A DNA stretch of 64,000 bases from an uncultured Candidatus Saccharibacteria bacterium (GTDB taxonomy: Bacteria; Patescibacteriota; Minisyncoccia; Phycocordibacterales; UBA918), in NCBI GenBank assembly GCA_964350735.1, contig CAYGKO010000001.1, forward strand, positions 18,134-82,133, in the 5' to 3' direction. Shown here piece after piece: positions 47,611-56,690 of this stretch; position 1 is the stretch's first letter, and every line of letters begins with the position of its first letter. Made by a program: the position numbers and the translations under genes. The notes below the pieces were generated by a model. The model worked only from the letters and a program-made list of their open reading frames with translations. It was not told the origin of the DNA and did not search any database.

Positions 47611-48924
47611 TTAGAATAAGTCGGCACTAGTGACACTTTGCTGTCGTTTGTTGTAATTGATTGATCGCTTGTCGAAGAAGTCAACGTGCTTGGTTGCAAT
47701 CACCTCATCATCAAACCATTCAGTATTCTCAAGTAGAGCGTCGTCTACACCAAAGACGGCGTCCATACCAATTCCTTTCAGAGATTTGTTGAGACGATGT
47801 TTGATAAACTCTTTTACTTCAGCGGCTGGCATGAAGTCGAGCTCCCCTGCTTCAAAGATCCAGTCGACAATCGCACTTTCAGCTTGATAGGCTTCGATAC
47901 ACATAGTACGCACCATTTCTCGATGTGAATCATCAAACCATTCAGGATGCTCACTCTTAATGATATTGATCAAGTCAGTCCCGAACAAACCGTGGATCTG
48001 CTCTTCTTTACTCGTTGCTTCTACTGCGTTACTCATTCCTTTAAATAGGTTCTTGTGCTTGTTAAAGCTCATCATGATAAGGAACTGTGAGAATAGCGAT
48101 ACGTGCTCAATAAAGAGTGAGAACAGTAGTACTGACTGTGTATACTCGCGATTTTCATTCGTCTTGCCGAGAGTAAGCACCTTGTCGAGGTACGCGATTC
48201 GCTTTTGGATCACTGGCACTTCGTGCAGTGTCTTAAAATCATCATTGAGACCAAGAATCTCGAGCAAGTGTGCGTACGCATCCATGTGCCGTACTTCTGA
48301 TTCGGCAAAGGTGAATCCTACCGCGCCAATTTCTGGCTTCGGCATCTTTTGATACAAACTACCCCAGAAGGTCTTCACCGATACTTCGATCTGTGCAATC
48401 GCGAGCATGGTGCGCTTGATGGCATTACGCTCTGATTCAGTCACGTTCACTTTGAAGTCACCAATATCACCAGTGAAGTTGAATTCCGTGTGGATCCAGT
48501 ATGAGTGCCGGACAGCATCGACATATGATGCGAGTTCTGGGTACTCGTATGGCTTGAGATTCGTTCGTTTATGGAAGATGTCACGTTCCCGCATCTGCTT
48601 CCGCTGCGCTCGGTAGATGATGTACGACTTGGCAGTCTCGAAGTAGTCGAGCTCCATCAAAGCCGCCTCAACGAGGTCTTGGACTTCTTCAACGGTTGGA
48701 TAGCCGTCTTTACACATCTTAGCTTTGACGTCGTCAGCTGGCGCGGTGCCAGCTTGCACGCACATTGCGACGGCTTTCTCATGCACGCAGTCGGCTACTT
48801 TTTGAGCATCTGCATCAGTACCTTCTTTGGTTTCCGAAAAAGCTTTGGCGACAGCTTTGGCGATCTTGGCAGCCGTGAACGGCACCATTGATCCATCTCG
48901 TTTACGAATTTGGCTAATTTCCAT
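47611..48924 (-). CDS. nrdB: Ribonucleotide reductase beta subunit with N-terminal ATP-cone
   Basis: Start at MEISQIRKRDGSMVPFTAAKIAKAV (ATP-cone signature). This is followed by a ferritin-like di-iron domain (ESEVRHMDAY ... EEQIHG). Confidence 0.8.
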   Translation of the reverse strand: MEISQIRKRDGSMVPFTAAKIAKAVAKAFSETKEGTDADAQKVADCVHEKAVAMCVQAGTAPADDVKAKMCKDGYPTVEEVQDLVEAALMELDYFETAKSYIIYRAQRKQMRERDIFHKRTNLKPYEYPELASYVDAVRHSYWIHTEFNFTGDIGDFKVNVTESERNAIKRTMLAIAQIEVSVKTFWGSLYQKMPKPEIGAVGFTFAESEVRHMDAYAHLLEILGLNDDFKTLHEVPVIQKRIAYLDKVLTLGKTNENREYTQSVLLFSLFIEHVSLFSQFLIMMSFNKHKNLFKGMSNAVEATSKEEQIHGLFGTDLINIIKSEHPEWFDDSHREMVRTMCIEAYQAESAIVDWIFEAGELDFMPAAEVKEFIKHRLNKSLKGIGMDAVFGVDDALLENTEWFDDEVIATKHVDFFDKRSINYNKRQQSVTSADLF

Positions 48925-49582
48925 AGGGTTATTAAGAACGTGACAAGGTTTATAAATAAGTAATCTATTCTTCGCATTCAGTATCTGAACGCTTGTCTGG
49001 TGTAGTACCCGGTACAGACCGTTGTGTCGCGATCCACAACAATCTGTACCGGGAACCAAACCGGTCATCAAGGACATCCTCCCCTTCAGCTGAGGGCAGT
49101 AAAGAGACACGAGGGCAGACTATGCCGACGTGAACAGGATGTTCATAGATAATCTCTCACAAAAGTGATTGGTGGTGTGGAGTACATACGGTTGTATGGC
49201 CGTATGCGCATGCAGAAGCTAGTCGTTGTACAAGCTCTGAACAATCATTTTTAAGAAAGATCGTTACATTCATTGCATTCAATAGTGAGATAAAGGCAAC
49301 AGCATGTGCGATACATGACTCCAAAATGTAGAGCGCGTGCCTTATCTCCGACACACACGTAGGAGTAACTCAACGTGTGATATTTAGATAGTAGCGCTGC
49401 TGCGCGGATTTGTAAAATAGGGCTAAGGTTGGTCCTTTTGGGGAAAAATACTGCACATAAATGCAAAATAGCCTGAAGAATGGGGCTGAATTTTCTGCCT
49501 CAACATCTAGCCCTATTCTATAACCTGTGGATAGCCACGCACTCTTTGCTTGCGCAAGTATTTAAGGGTGTGGTGTGGTGCA

Positions 49583-49620
49583 AAAATCGACTGGATTCAC
49601 AGATGAATCCAGTCGATTTT
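49583..49620. terminator. Terminator downstream of mscL (14-bp perfect stem aaaatcgactggattca / tgaatccagtcgatttt)
   Basis: Hairpin with T-run on the minus strand immediately after the mscL stop. Confidence 0.55.
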
Positions 49621-49637
49621 CTTTTACAAACTTGAGA

Positions 49638-50030
49638 TTATCGTCGCAATCCGTCTCGAATCTCACGTAGTAGCTTCACCTCTTCTGAAGGCTCGACTGG
49701 CTTTTCTTCAGTCACTTCTTCTGGCTCAGAAGCTACTGATTTCGCTTTGTTGATCATCTTTACCATCATAAAGATGGCAAGAGCAACAATCACGAAGTCG
49801 AGCACTGACTGGATGAACATACCATAGCTCACCACCGCTTCTCCAACTGTAACTGACAAGCTAGCAAAACTCACACCACCGAGTAGTACCCCTACCAGCG
49901 GCATCACGATGTTATCAACCAGTGATGATACAATCTTCCCAAAGGCGGCACCGATCACTACCGCTACCGCCAGGTCAATGACATTGCCTTTAACCGCAAA
50001 CGCTTTGAACTCTTCAATAAATCCTTTCAT
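49638..50030 (-). CDS. mscL: Large-conductance mechanosensitive channel
   Basis: [34 protein letters not shown] is the MscL N-terminal signature. 130 aa with two TM helices. Confidence 0.85.
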   Translation of the reverse strand: MKGFIEEFKAFAVKGNVIDLAVAVVIGAAFGKIVSSLVDNIVMPLVGVLLGGVSFASLSVTVGEAVVSYGMFIQSVLDFVIVALAIFMMVKMINKAKSVASEPEEVTEEKPVEPSEEVKLLREIRDGLRR

Positions 50031-50075
50031 ATATAATAATCTTACGTTTAATTAAATTTCGATCATTATAGCGGC

Positions 50076-51188
50076 TTAGTGATGGTGATGTCCGTGAGAC
50101 GATGAAACATGCCGCTCGTCAACTCCGTGGGTACCAAACCACCACGCCGCTAGAATGGTGGTACATGGCACTGCCAGCACCAGCCCAATACTCCCCACCA
50201 TAATCCGCACCAACTCAGCCGCCACCACTTCTTGATTTAGAATATGTGTGATCGGCGCTTCACTCCCCGAGAGGAAGAGTACGAGCGGTAATGAAATACC
50301 AACGTACGCCAAGGCAAGTGTATTTACGAGCGATCCCACATGGTCACGTCCCACCCGGATAGCCCGAGTATACAGCTCACTGATTGAAAAAGACTCATTA
50401 GCGGCTTTCAACTCCTGCACTACTGATGCTTGGGTGATTGACACATCATCAAGAATCCCCAAGATTCCAATAATGATCGAACCGAGCAATAAACCAGCAA
50501 AATCAAGTCGCCCGTCCGTGGCGAAGTTGAGATACACCGACGCATCAGACCCAAAGCCCGTCAGCCGCATTGAGAACACCCACCACCACGCTACCAAGCC
50601 AGTAAACAACACGGCTGCCATCGTCCCACCATACGCCAAGATCACGTGAGGGCGTACACCATGGGTCCCAAAGAGCACTACCGCTAAGATAACCGCTGCG
50701 ATCCCAATGCTGGTAAGAATCGGATTGTACCCAGCTAGCAGAAGCGGCACCAGAATAAACAAAATCGCTCCCACACTCACTCCCAGTGACAACAGCGCCC
50801 GCACTCCTTGTCTCCCCGCGAACCACACCAACAGCCCGATGAACAACAGTGCCAGCGACAGTAGCTCAGTCCGGCGGTCAATATCCTTTAATATGAATAG
50901 CTCATCACCATTGATCGTGACCTGACGATTGAGAAAGATCCGTTCGCCCGGCTGCAGTGGGATCAAATCATTCTCAAACTCCACTACATCCCCCGCGCGT
51001 GTCCCGTCAAAAATCTCTACTGTAATAGTTTGAGTTACCGCCTCAGCATTAGTGCCGGCAATCTCCCGTACCTCTTCACTCAGTATTTCTTTTACCTCAG
51101 CTCGCACTGTCTCAATGTCAGCATCTAAAATCTGAGCTGAAGCGCTAAACGGCAACAGTGCTAGCGCAACTAAAAAGAGCCATCGCAT
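50076..51188 (-). CDS. YibE/F-like polytopic membrane protein with His-rich C-terminus
   Basis: Signal peptide, then a periplasmic domain, 6-7 TM helices, and a C-terminal HGHHHH. Confidence 0.35.
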   Translation of the reverse strand: MRWLFLVALALLPFSASAQILDADIETVRAEVKEILSEEVREIAGTNAEAVTQTITVEIFDGTRAGDVVEFENDLIPLQPGERIFLNRQVTINGDELFILKDIDRRTELLSLALLFIGLLVWFAGRQGVRALLSLGVSVGAILFILVPLLLAGYNPILTSIGIAAVILAVVLFGTHGVRPHVILAYGGTMAAVLFTGLVAWWWVFSMRLTGFGSDASVYLNFATDGRLDFAGLLLGSIIIGILGILDDVSITQASVVQELKAANESFSISELYTRAIRVGRDHVGSLVNTLALAYVGISLPLVLFLSGSEAPITHILNQEVVAAELVRIMVGSIGLVLAVPCTTILAAWWFGTHGVDERHVSSSHGHHHH

Positions 51189-51282
51189 ACTAAAAAATAA
51201 ACCGCGCTAAATAAAAGCCCACTCCAGCAAAAAAGAGGAAGGTGAAAAACATCGTGACTTTTCGTGATTCGTCATCCATAGG

Positions 51283-51624
51283 CTATCGCAGTAAGTAAAT
51301 ACCGATAATGATAAAAAGTAAACCGACGATCTTTATTAGAGTCACCTGTGCACCCAAAAACGCTACTGAAAACACAAAAGAAGTAAGTACCCCGACCGAA
51401 ATCGCGATTGGGATTGCCAACTGTGTAGTCAGAAAACCGAAGTACAGCGCTCCCCCAAGGAGAGCATTAGCAACCAAAACTACTCCAAGTGGTAGCGGTT
51501 TAAAGGTGCTGATCAAGGCATTTGTGAAAGAAGTGCTTTCAGGACCAACTAATCTACCAAAGATAGAAATGCCAATATACCCGATAATCGACAAGCCGAT
51601 AAAATAAATCCAAGTCATATTCAT
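51283..51624 (-). CDS. Small 4-TM membrane protein (hypothetical)
   Basis: About 113 aa from MNMTWIYF. Highly hydrophobic. Confidence 0.3.
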   Translation of the reverse strand: MNMTWIYFIGLSIIGYIGISIFGRLVGPESTSFTNALISTFKPLPLGVVLVANALLGGALYFGFLTTQLAIPIAISVGVLTSFVFSVAFLGAQVTLIKIVGLLFIIIGIYLLR

Positions 51625-51737
51625 AAGTATACGTGAGCAGTGGCAGACAAAGAAGCGGCTGACATTTACTTTTGTGCAGAAAATAGGTATAGTTTTGCCC
51701 ACTGATGTTGATGGGCGATGCTGATCAACCAGGAAAT

Positions 51738-51813
51738 GGCGACTATAGTATAACGGTTAGTGCACCGGTTTGTGGTACCGGCAGTTCGGGTTCGATTCCC
51801 GGTAGTCGCCCCA
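51738..51813 (+). tRNA. tRNA-His (anticodon GTG) with encoded G-1 and 3' CCA
   Basis: Manual fold: G-1:C73 extra pair, 7-bp acceptor gcgacta/tagtcgc, D-arm gtat/gtgc, anticodon stem ccggt/accgg with loop ttGTGgt, T-arm cgggt-ttcgatt-cccgg (hand-derived loop boundaries, not cross-checked), CCA encoded. Confidence 0.85.
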
Positions 51814-53418
51814 AGTGAGAATAAGTTGAGCAAAACGTGCATTTCGTGTTGCTATATCTAGGTTTTCTTCCAGTTCGAGCCGCTTATATTCGGCTTCTAA
51901 TTCTGGGTACGCTTTTTCGATTGGAACGAACCAATCACTAGGAGAAATAAGGACTTTTTGGTCCTTTAGAGTAAAGTTCTGACCAAGTGCAGAAAAAATC
52001 TCTCGCTTCTCCTGGATACTCCCAAACATGAAGCTTGCTCGTGCGTGCCGTGCGAAGTTAAATGTACGCTCGCTGAGGTCTAGCCAGGTCTTTGCTCGAT
52101 TCTCTGTTGAGTTCAACTGCAACTTCAATTTGCCTAGCTGCAACTTCAATCCCTTCTTTTCTTTAATGAAGGTCTCATCGTCAATCAAGCTCCGGTAGCG
52201 CATCTGTGTCAGAGTGTCTAGCTCTGTCTGAGTCTTGTTGTACGCTTTTTGTTGTGACTCGTAGATTTTGGTGCGTTCTTGAATCTCGGTGTCATTCTTT
52301 TCATTGATGATTTCAAGTGCCCACTCCTGAAAGACTGGCAAGATAGTGTACCGCTCAAGTTCTACATCCACCTGACGCTCAAATTCATCCAAGGTGACTG
52401 GTTTTTGCTTACAGGTACACTTTCCATTCTCCCCTTTCTTTTTCTTGGTGCAGTGATAATAAGAATAGGTCTTAAGCTCATTCGTCTTCAAGACAATTTT
52501 TTGCTTAGCAGAATACGTACACGCTCCACCACATTCACCACAAACAACCATCCCTGTGAAGGATGATTCGTGTACTTGATTACGAGGCTTCCCTTTCCGC
52601 CCGAGGATTACCTGGGCTTTATCGTATTCATCAATGGTAATCATTGGCTTGTGGTTACCGTTTTCATACACTGTGCCCGACCAAGCAAACATCCCGGTAT
52701 AGAAGATGTTATTAAAGATTCGGTACAGTGAACTTTCAGCAATAGGACCATCACCTGACCGCTTGAACTTTGGCGTCCGGAAACCCCATTCTTCATTAGC
52801 AATCTTACGAATCTGCGGCACAGTATAGTTTCCAGACAGCAACATATCCCACATTTTGCGAACCATGTCGAAGCGTTCTTTGTCAGGGTAAATCTCATTC
52901 ACAATCTTTTCATTGAAGTAACCAAGTGGTGCCCGTGACGGCAGCCACCCTTTATCTGCCTTGCTCTCCATACCTCGACGACTATCCTTTGCTAAATCTC
53001 GAACGAACTGGTTTGCCATGGCTCCTTCTACGTTGAATAGCAATACATTGTCCTCAGGTAGATACACCTTGTCACGAGTAATAATCGTTTTAAGGACACC
53101 TGTCTGAAGCATCCAAGCTACCCGACCTTGGTCTACTGGATTCCGAAACAACCGATTCAAGTGCCAACAAATGATTCCATCAGCCTCACCTGCATCAATC
53201 CGGTCTAACATCTCATAAAATGTCTTTCTCACGTAGGGCTGCTTAGCTGACTTTGATTCAGGCATGATGTCTACTAACTTATGCTTCATCTCAGCAGACC
53301 TTGTCTTAATGAAATCAGTTTGGTCACCAATAGATTGCAGCTGATTGTCCGAAGACTCATCAGAAGATTTACGGGGGTATCCGAGTAATTTTAGTTTTAG
53401 TTCTTGCATTTTATTCAT
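51757..53418 (-). CDS. Large serine recombinase (phage-type integrase)
   Basis: N-terminal resolvase catalytic domain (YPRKSSDESSDNQLQSIGDQ with the catalytic Ser, LNRLFRN), then a recombinase domain and Cys-rich zinc ribbon (CGECGGAC...C.C). The 3' end overlaps tRNA-His by 57 nt. Confidence 0.8.
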   Translation of the reverse strand: MNKMQELKLKLLGYPRKSSDESSDNQLQSIGDQTDFIKTRSAEMKHKLVDIMPESKSAKQPYVRKTFYEMLDRIDAGEADGIICWHLNRLFRNPVDQGRVAWMLQTGVLKTIITRDKVYLPEDNVLLFNVEGAMANQFVRDLAKDSRRGMESKADKGWLPSRAPLGYFNEKIVNEIYPDKERFDMVRKMWDMLLSGNYTVPQIRKIANEEWGFRTPKFKRSGDGPIAESSLYRIFNNIFYTGMFAWSGTVYENGNHKPMITIDEYDKAQVILGRKGKPRNQVHESSFTGMVVCGECGGACTYSAKQKIVLKTNELKTYSYYHCTKKKKGENGKCTCKQKPVTLDEFERQVDVELERYTILPVFQEWALEIINEKNDTEIQERTKIYESQQKAYNKTQTELDTLTQMRYRSLIDDETFIKEKKGLKLQLGKLKLQLNSTENRAKTWLDLSERTFNFARHARASFMFGSIQEKREIFSALGQNFTLKDQKVLISPSDWFVPIEKAYPELEAEYKRLELEENLDIATRNARFAQLILTWGDYRESNPNCRYHKPVH

Positions 53419-53429
53419 TTTACATTATT

Positions 53430-53651
53430 TTAATTCTCTTCGCCTAAGCGCTTTTCTAGGTCTGTTTGAGTTGCTAGTCGATGCAAATCAATTTCAGCCT
53501 CCTGCTCAGAGGTCATCGGCTTGTAGACCACAGACAGCAAATTAACCAGCTTGAGACCTTGCTCAGCTGCTTCTGCTTTTGTTATATCGGTCCCAAACTG
53601 TGCTTTATGGATAGCTTGGAATTGTGCAATATTTTTGTCTGTTAGAGTCAC
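53430..53651 (-). CDS. Hypothetical small protein
   Basis: 73 aa, immediately upstream of the recombinase gene. Could be a regulator or RDF-like protein, but no motif supports this. Confidence 0.3.
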   Translation of the reverse strand: MTLTDKNIAQFQAIHKAQFGTDITKAEAAEQGLKLVNLLSVVYKPMTSEQEAEIDLHRLATQTDLEKRLGEEN

Positions 53652-53754
53652 GCTTTAGGAGAAAATTACTGGTAACAGGGATTCGACTACTTCCCTATAC
53701 CTTAATTGTCTCTCGCTACCTGTGACCGATTGTCAGGTAAAGTGACCCACCGAT

Positions 53755-54525
53755 TTAGTATCTGCGTAACACCCTATGTTGAATTGAAGTGTCAAAAAAG
53801 TCCTCAGCTGTAACCAAGCTATCCTTAAATACCTCATTAACGGCTCTGCACGCATCTTTAATTGCCCTTCCAGTTGGCTCCCTTAGGCCAGTGCTTTCTG
53901 CATCAATCCAAGTGGCTATTTGTGCTACATCAACCTGCTCATTCTTAGTCTTTTGGGTAACCATGTACTGAGTAACCAGGTCCATTAGTGATTCACTTTC
54001 TAAAGCAATTCGCACTGTATCTATTATTAAATTATGGTTCTCATAGGCAATCACAGCTGAGGACAAATCCACTGTAGCCTGATGCGACCCTGACCGACTT
54101 CTCTGGGTTCTTTTTGCTATCATTTGCCTCCCTGTATTAACGGCCTCCATGACCTCTGAAGGCACAGGAGTCCCATATCCTTTCTTGGCAATATTATATG
54201 GCTTCAGGTCTCCCCGGGCATTTTGTATCTGATTCCATGCTTCCTCGGTAGTTTGCGACAAGGTTCTAGTTGGCAGCAGGCGTTCGAGAGTCAGAGGATG
54301 CACGTTACTCCCTGCCTCTTCGGGGTCCAGTGAGGCCAATTCGTAGTATTTGTGTAATAGCTCTTTCAGGCCTCCCGGACGCAAATAAAAAATGTCTAGC
54401 TGTTCGGGTGACTCATCGGACTTCAGGACGTGGGCTGCCATATCACCATACAGATAATACAAATCAGTTAAAGCATTAAGAGCTTCTTTGTTTACTGCAT
54501 TATTGGTGGGGCGTCCGGGAGGCAT
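53755..54525 (-). CDS. Hypothetical protein
   Basis: 256 aa. No recognisable motif. Confidence 0.35.
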   Translation of the reverse strand: MPPGRPTNNAVNKEALNALTDLYYLYGDMAAHVLKSDESPEQLDIFYLRPGGLKELLHKYYELASLDPEEAGSNVHPLTLERLLPTRTLSQTTEEAWNQIQNARGDLKPYNIAKKGYGTPVPSEVMEAVNTGRQMIAKRTQRSRSGSHQATVDLSSAVIAYENHNLIIDTVRIALESESLMDLVTQYMVTQKTKNEQVDVAQIATWIDAESTGLREPTGRAIKDACRAVNEVFKDSLVTAEDFFDTSIQHRVLRRY

Positions 54526-55679
54526 AAAAAAATACTACCCAATAAAGTAGTAATTGACCAGACACAAATATCGCTAATTTACACACCCGGTTACCTCCCC
54601 TGTATCCCAACCCTGCTACCCTTGGTGAAGTATGTATACGTGGTGCATCCCTTTCTGCATTCCCTGCTACCCGGGTAAGCCATTTTCGCTATCGCATTCC
54701 TTTGTTTTATTTGTTATACGAGTGTTACCAAACCTGACTACCCGACTTGGTATATGTTTGTAGGGTAACAATTGATTCAATCCCCGACTTCTAGGACAAG
54801 AGAGGGCTAAAGCGGTCTGGGGATTGCCATGTACCACTTGTACCTATATGCCTGATTCCGTTTTCTCTCGGGACACACTTACTTCACCACTGTCAGCATC
54901 ACACTCTCTGTGTTTCTTTTCGCCAGCATCTCCTTATATCCATTACTTCCATAACAAGGGGTAGTCTCCTGACGTGCCGCGTGCATACATCGCCAATGAA
55001 GTTTAGGTAAACGATGTAGAGGCTTCTAAAGTCATCTGTCTTACGTCCTAGTGTGTCAGCTAACGAATAAATCACGAGCTAACTCCCAGGAGCCGGAATG
55101 CTGTCCGAGCCGCATCAGAGCATAGAATTCGAAGGTTTCACCGCAGCCAGGGAGCAGGCCTTCGATTCGCGTCCTACACCTCCCCAGTATTAGCTAGCAT
55201 CACTGCTACAGCAAACCGAGGCTTTATTAGCACTTCGGTCACTGCCCCATTGTCCGAAAACAAGGAGACTCTCTGCGTATTCAATTGGGATTTGGATATA
55301 GGATTTCGTCTAGGAGAGCTATCTACCTACTACTGTACTTGAGTACCACACGGTTCAGCAAGTATTTGAAATTACGCCACACAAATATAATTGCTCTAGT
55401 GACGCCATACTACAGTGACGTCTACTACCTTACTTATTAAAAATTACTGCCGGAAATTTTGACCCCCTACGACTATTTATACCAACTTCAATACCAAACA
55501 AAACTGTGAGCGCACCCGGTTTATAACAGTTTCCTTACTCCTGACACCCATATTGGAAACAGCTCCCCCTACTTCATTCCCGCAGAGGTTCTTGTAACTG
55601 GATTAGTGAAGAGCATTAATCATTCAGGCAACCACTCTTCGTGTTGTGATGCATACCAGCACTGCCACAAAAAAAAACT
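54526..55679. other. 1.15-kb ORF-free segment with strong C>G skew on the plus strand; candidate large structured ncRNA, likely minus-strand
   Basis: No ORF of 60 aa or more in any frame. Plus-strand C about 30% vs G about 13% in sampled stretches. Local hairpins include aaactgt...acagttt around gagcgcaccc. Confidence 0.3.
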
Positions 55680-55991
55680 ATGAGAACACCAGCAGACGTA
55701 TTAAATAACCGACCACGGAGTAACTACCAAGGTTCTGAAGCAACTAAAGCTATGGTTGCCGACCAGATTAGAGAACGATGGGGTGAGAAAGAAGCAAGTT
55801 CATTTGACCCGTATCACGATTGCATGACGGCAACCGCTTGGTTTGCAGCTGGGTTCAAAATCAAGAAGGGTGAAAAGGCATTACGGTCCATTACATTTCT
55901 TGAGAGTGAAGACAATGAGGGTAATATACACCGCAAAATTCGTAGAGGAGTTTCTTTATTCCACAAACGACAAGTGACTCCAACATCATAA
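55680..55991 (+). CDS. Hypothetical protein (weak ArdC-N/ssDNA-binding-like pattern)
   Basis: 103 aa. TATAWFAAGFKIKKGEKAL resembles the W..GY.V.KGEK motif of ArdC-N. Low confidence. Confidence 0.25.
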   Translation: MRTPADVLNNRPRSNYQGSEATKAMVADQIRERWGEKEASSFDPYHDCMTATAWFAAGFKIKKGEKALRSITFLESEDNEGNIHRKIRRGVSLFHKRQVTPTS

Positions 55992-55996
55992 TTACC

Positions 55997-56527
55997 ATGA
56001 ATACATTTATCCCAACCCAGGCCCCGCACCTCCAAATGCCAGATGTACGTGACAGCAGACACCCAGCTAGGGCAGAAATCCAGCGCTGCTTAGGTGAATA
56101 TGATTTGAAAGCAATCGTGGAAGAAGATTTGCAGACGTCAGCTTTAATGAAGCATTTACCAGGCTTAATATCTTTTGTCTGCACACTGAAGCTGAAGGAC
56201 CGAGTAATATCGCAGGGCTATGGCAGCAGTATCCTGAATCAAAACAATCGTTACGTGAATCGGGCGGTCCACTCTGCCATGAATTCAGCGGTTGCCGACA
56301 GTGTTATACGGGCCACAAAAGTACTTGGAACGCTACAAGATGAAGTAGAGGCTATGATTGGTTCTGCGATGCCTCCTGAGCCCATTACAGAGCCCCAGAA
56401 GAAGTATTTGCGAGAGCTAGCCATGCAACAGATGAACGATGAGGACGAGCGTGAACAATTCCTCTCTGAGCTACCTGAACTAACTAAACAGGAGGCTTCA
56501 ATGAAGATTCAACAGCTGAAGAGCTAG
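55997..56527 (+). CDS. Hypothetical protein
   Basis: 176 aa with an acidic C-terminus. No motif. Confidence 0.3.
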   Translation: MNTFIPTQAPHLQMPDVRDSRHPARAEIQRCLGEYDLKAIVEEDLQTSALMKHLPGLISFVCTLKLKDRVISQGYGSSILNQNNRYVNRAVHSAMNSAVADSVIRATKVLGTLQDEVEAMIGSAMPPEPITEPQKKYLRELAMQQMNDEDEREQFLSELPELTKQEASMKIQQLKS

Positions 56528-56690
56528 CCATAAAGCCAGGTATCCAATGCGGTCCCTGGCTTTTGTTGTGTTATTTCCTCTAGAAAATCTGTTCACATGA
56601 GGTTATCCACACAACGATTCCTAAATCGCGGCTGTACTAAGCCGCGATTTGAATAGAGCCATATTATTAGCATCTAACACTTAGTATTTT

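Noticed and set aside
48925-49582. Cobalamin riboswitch or NrdR boxes upstream of nrdB
   Set aside because: No GCCACUG B12 box and no 16-bp ACAC...GTGT palindromes found. The repeats present have different symmetry.
54526-55679. Identification of the ORF-free segment as RNase P RNA, tmRNA or a group II intron
   Set aside because: Only partial resemblances were seen: gagcgcaccc vs the RNase P GGUAAGAGCGCACC, and gagccgcatc vs the domain V GAGCCGUAUG. There is no GGAAAGUCC P4 sequence, no tRNA-like 3' end and no RT ORF. Class left open.
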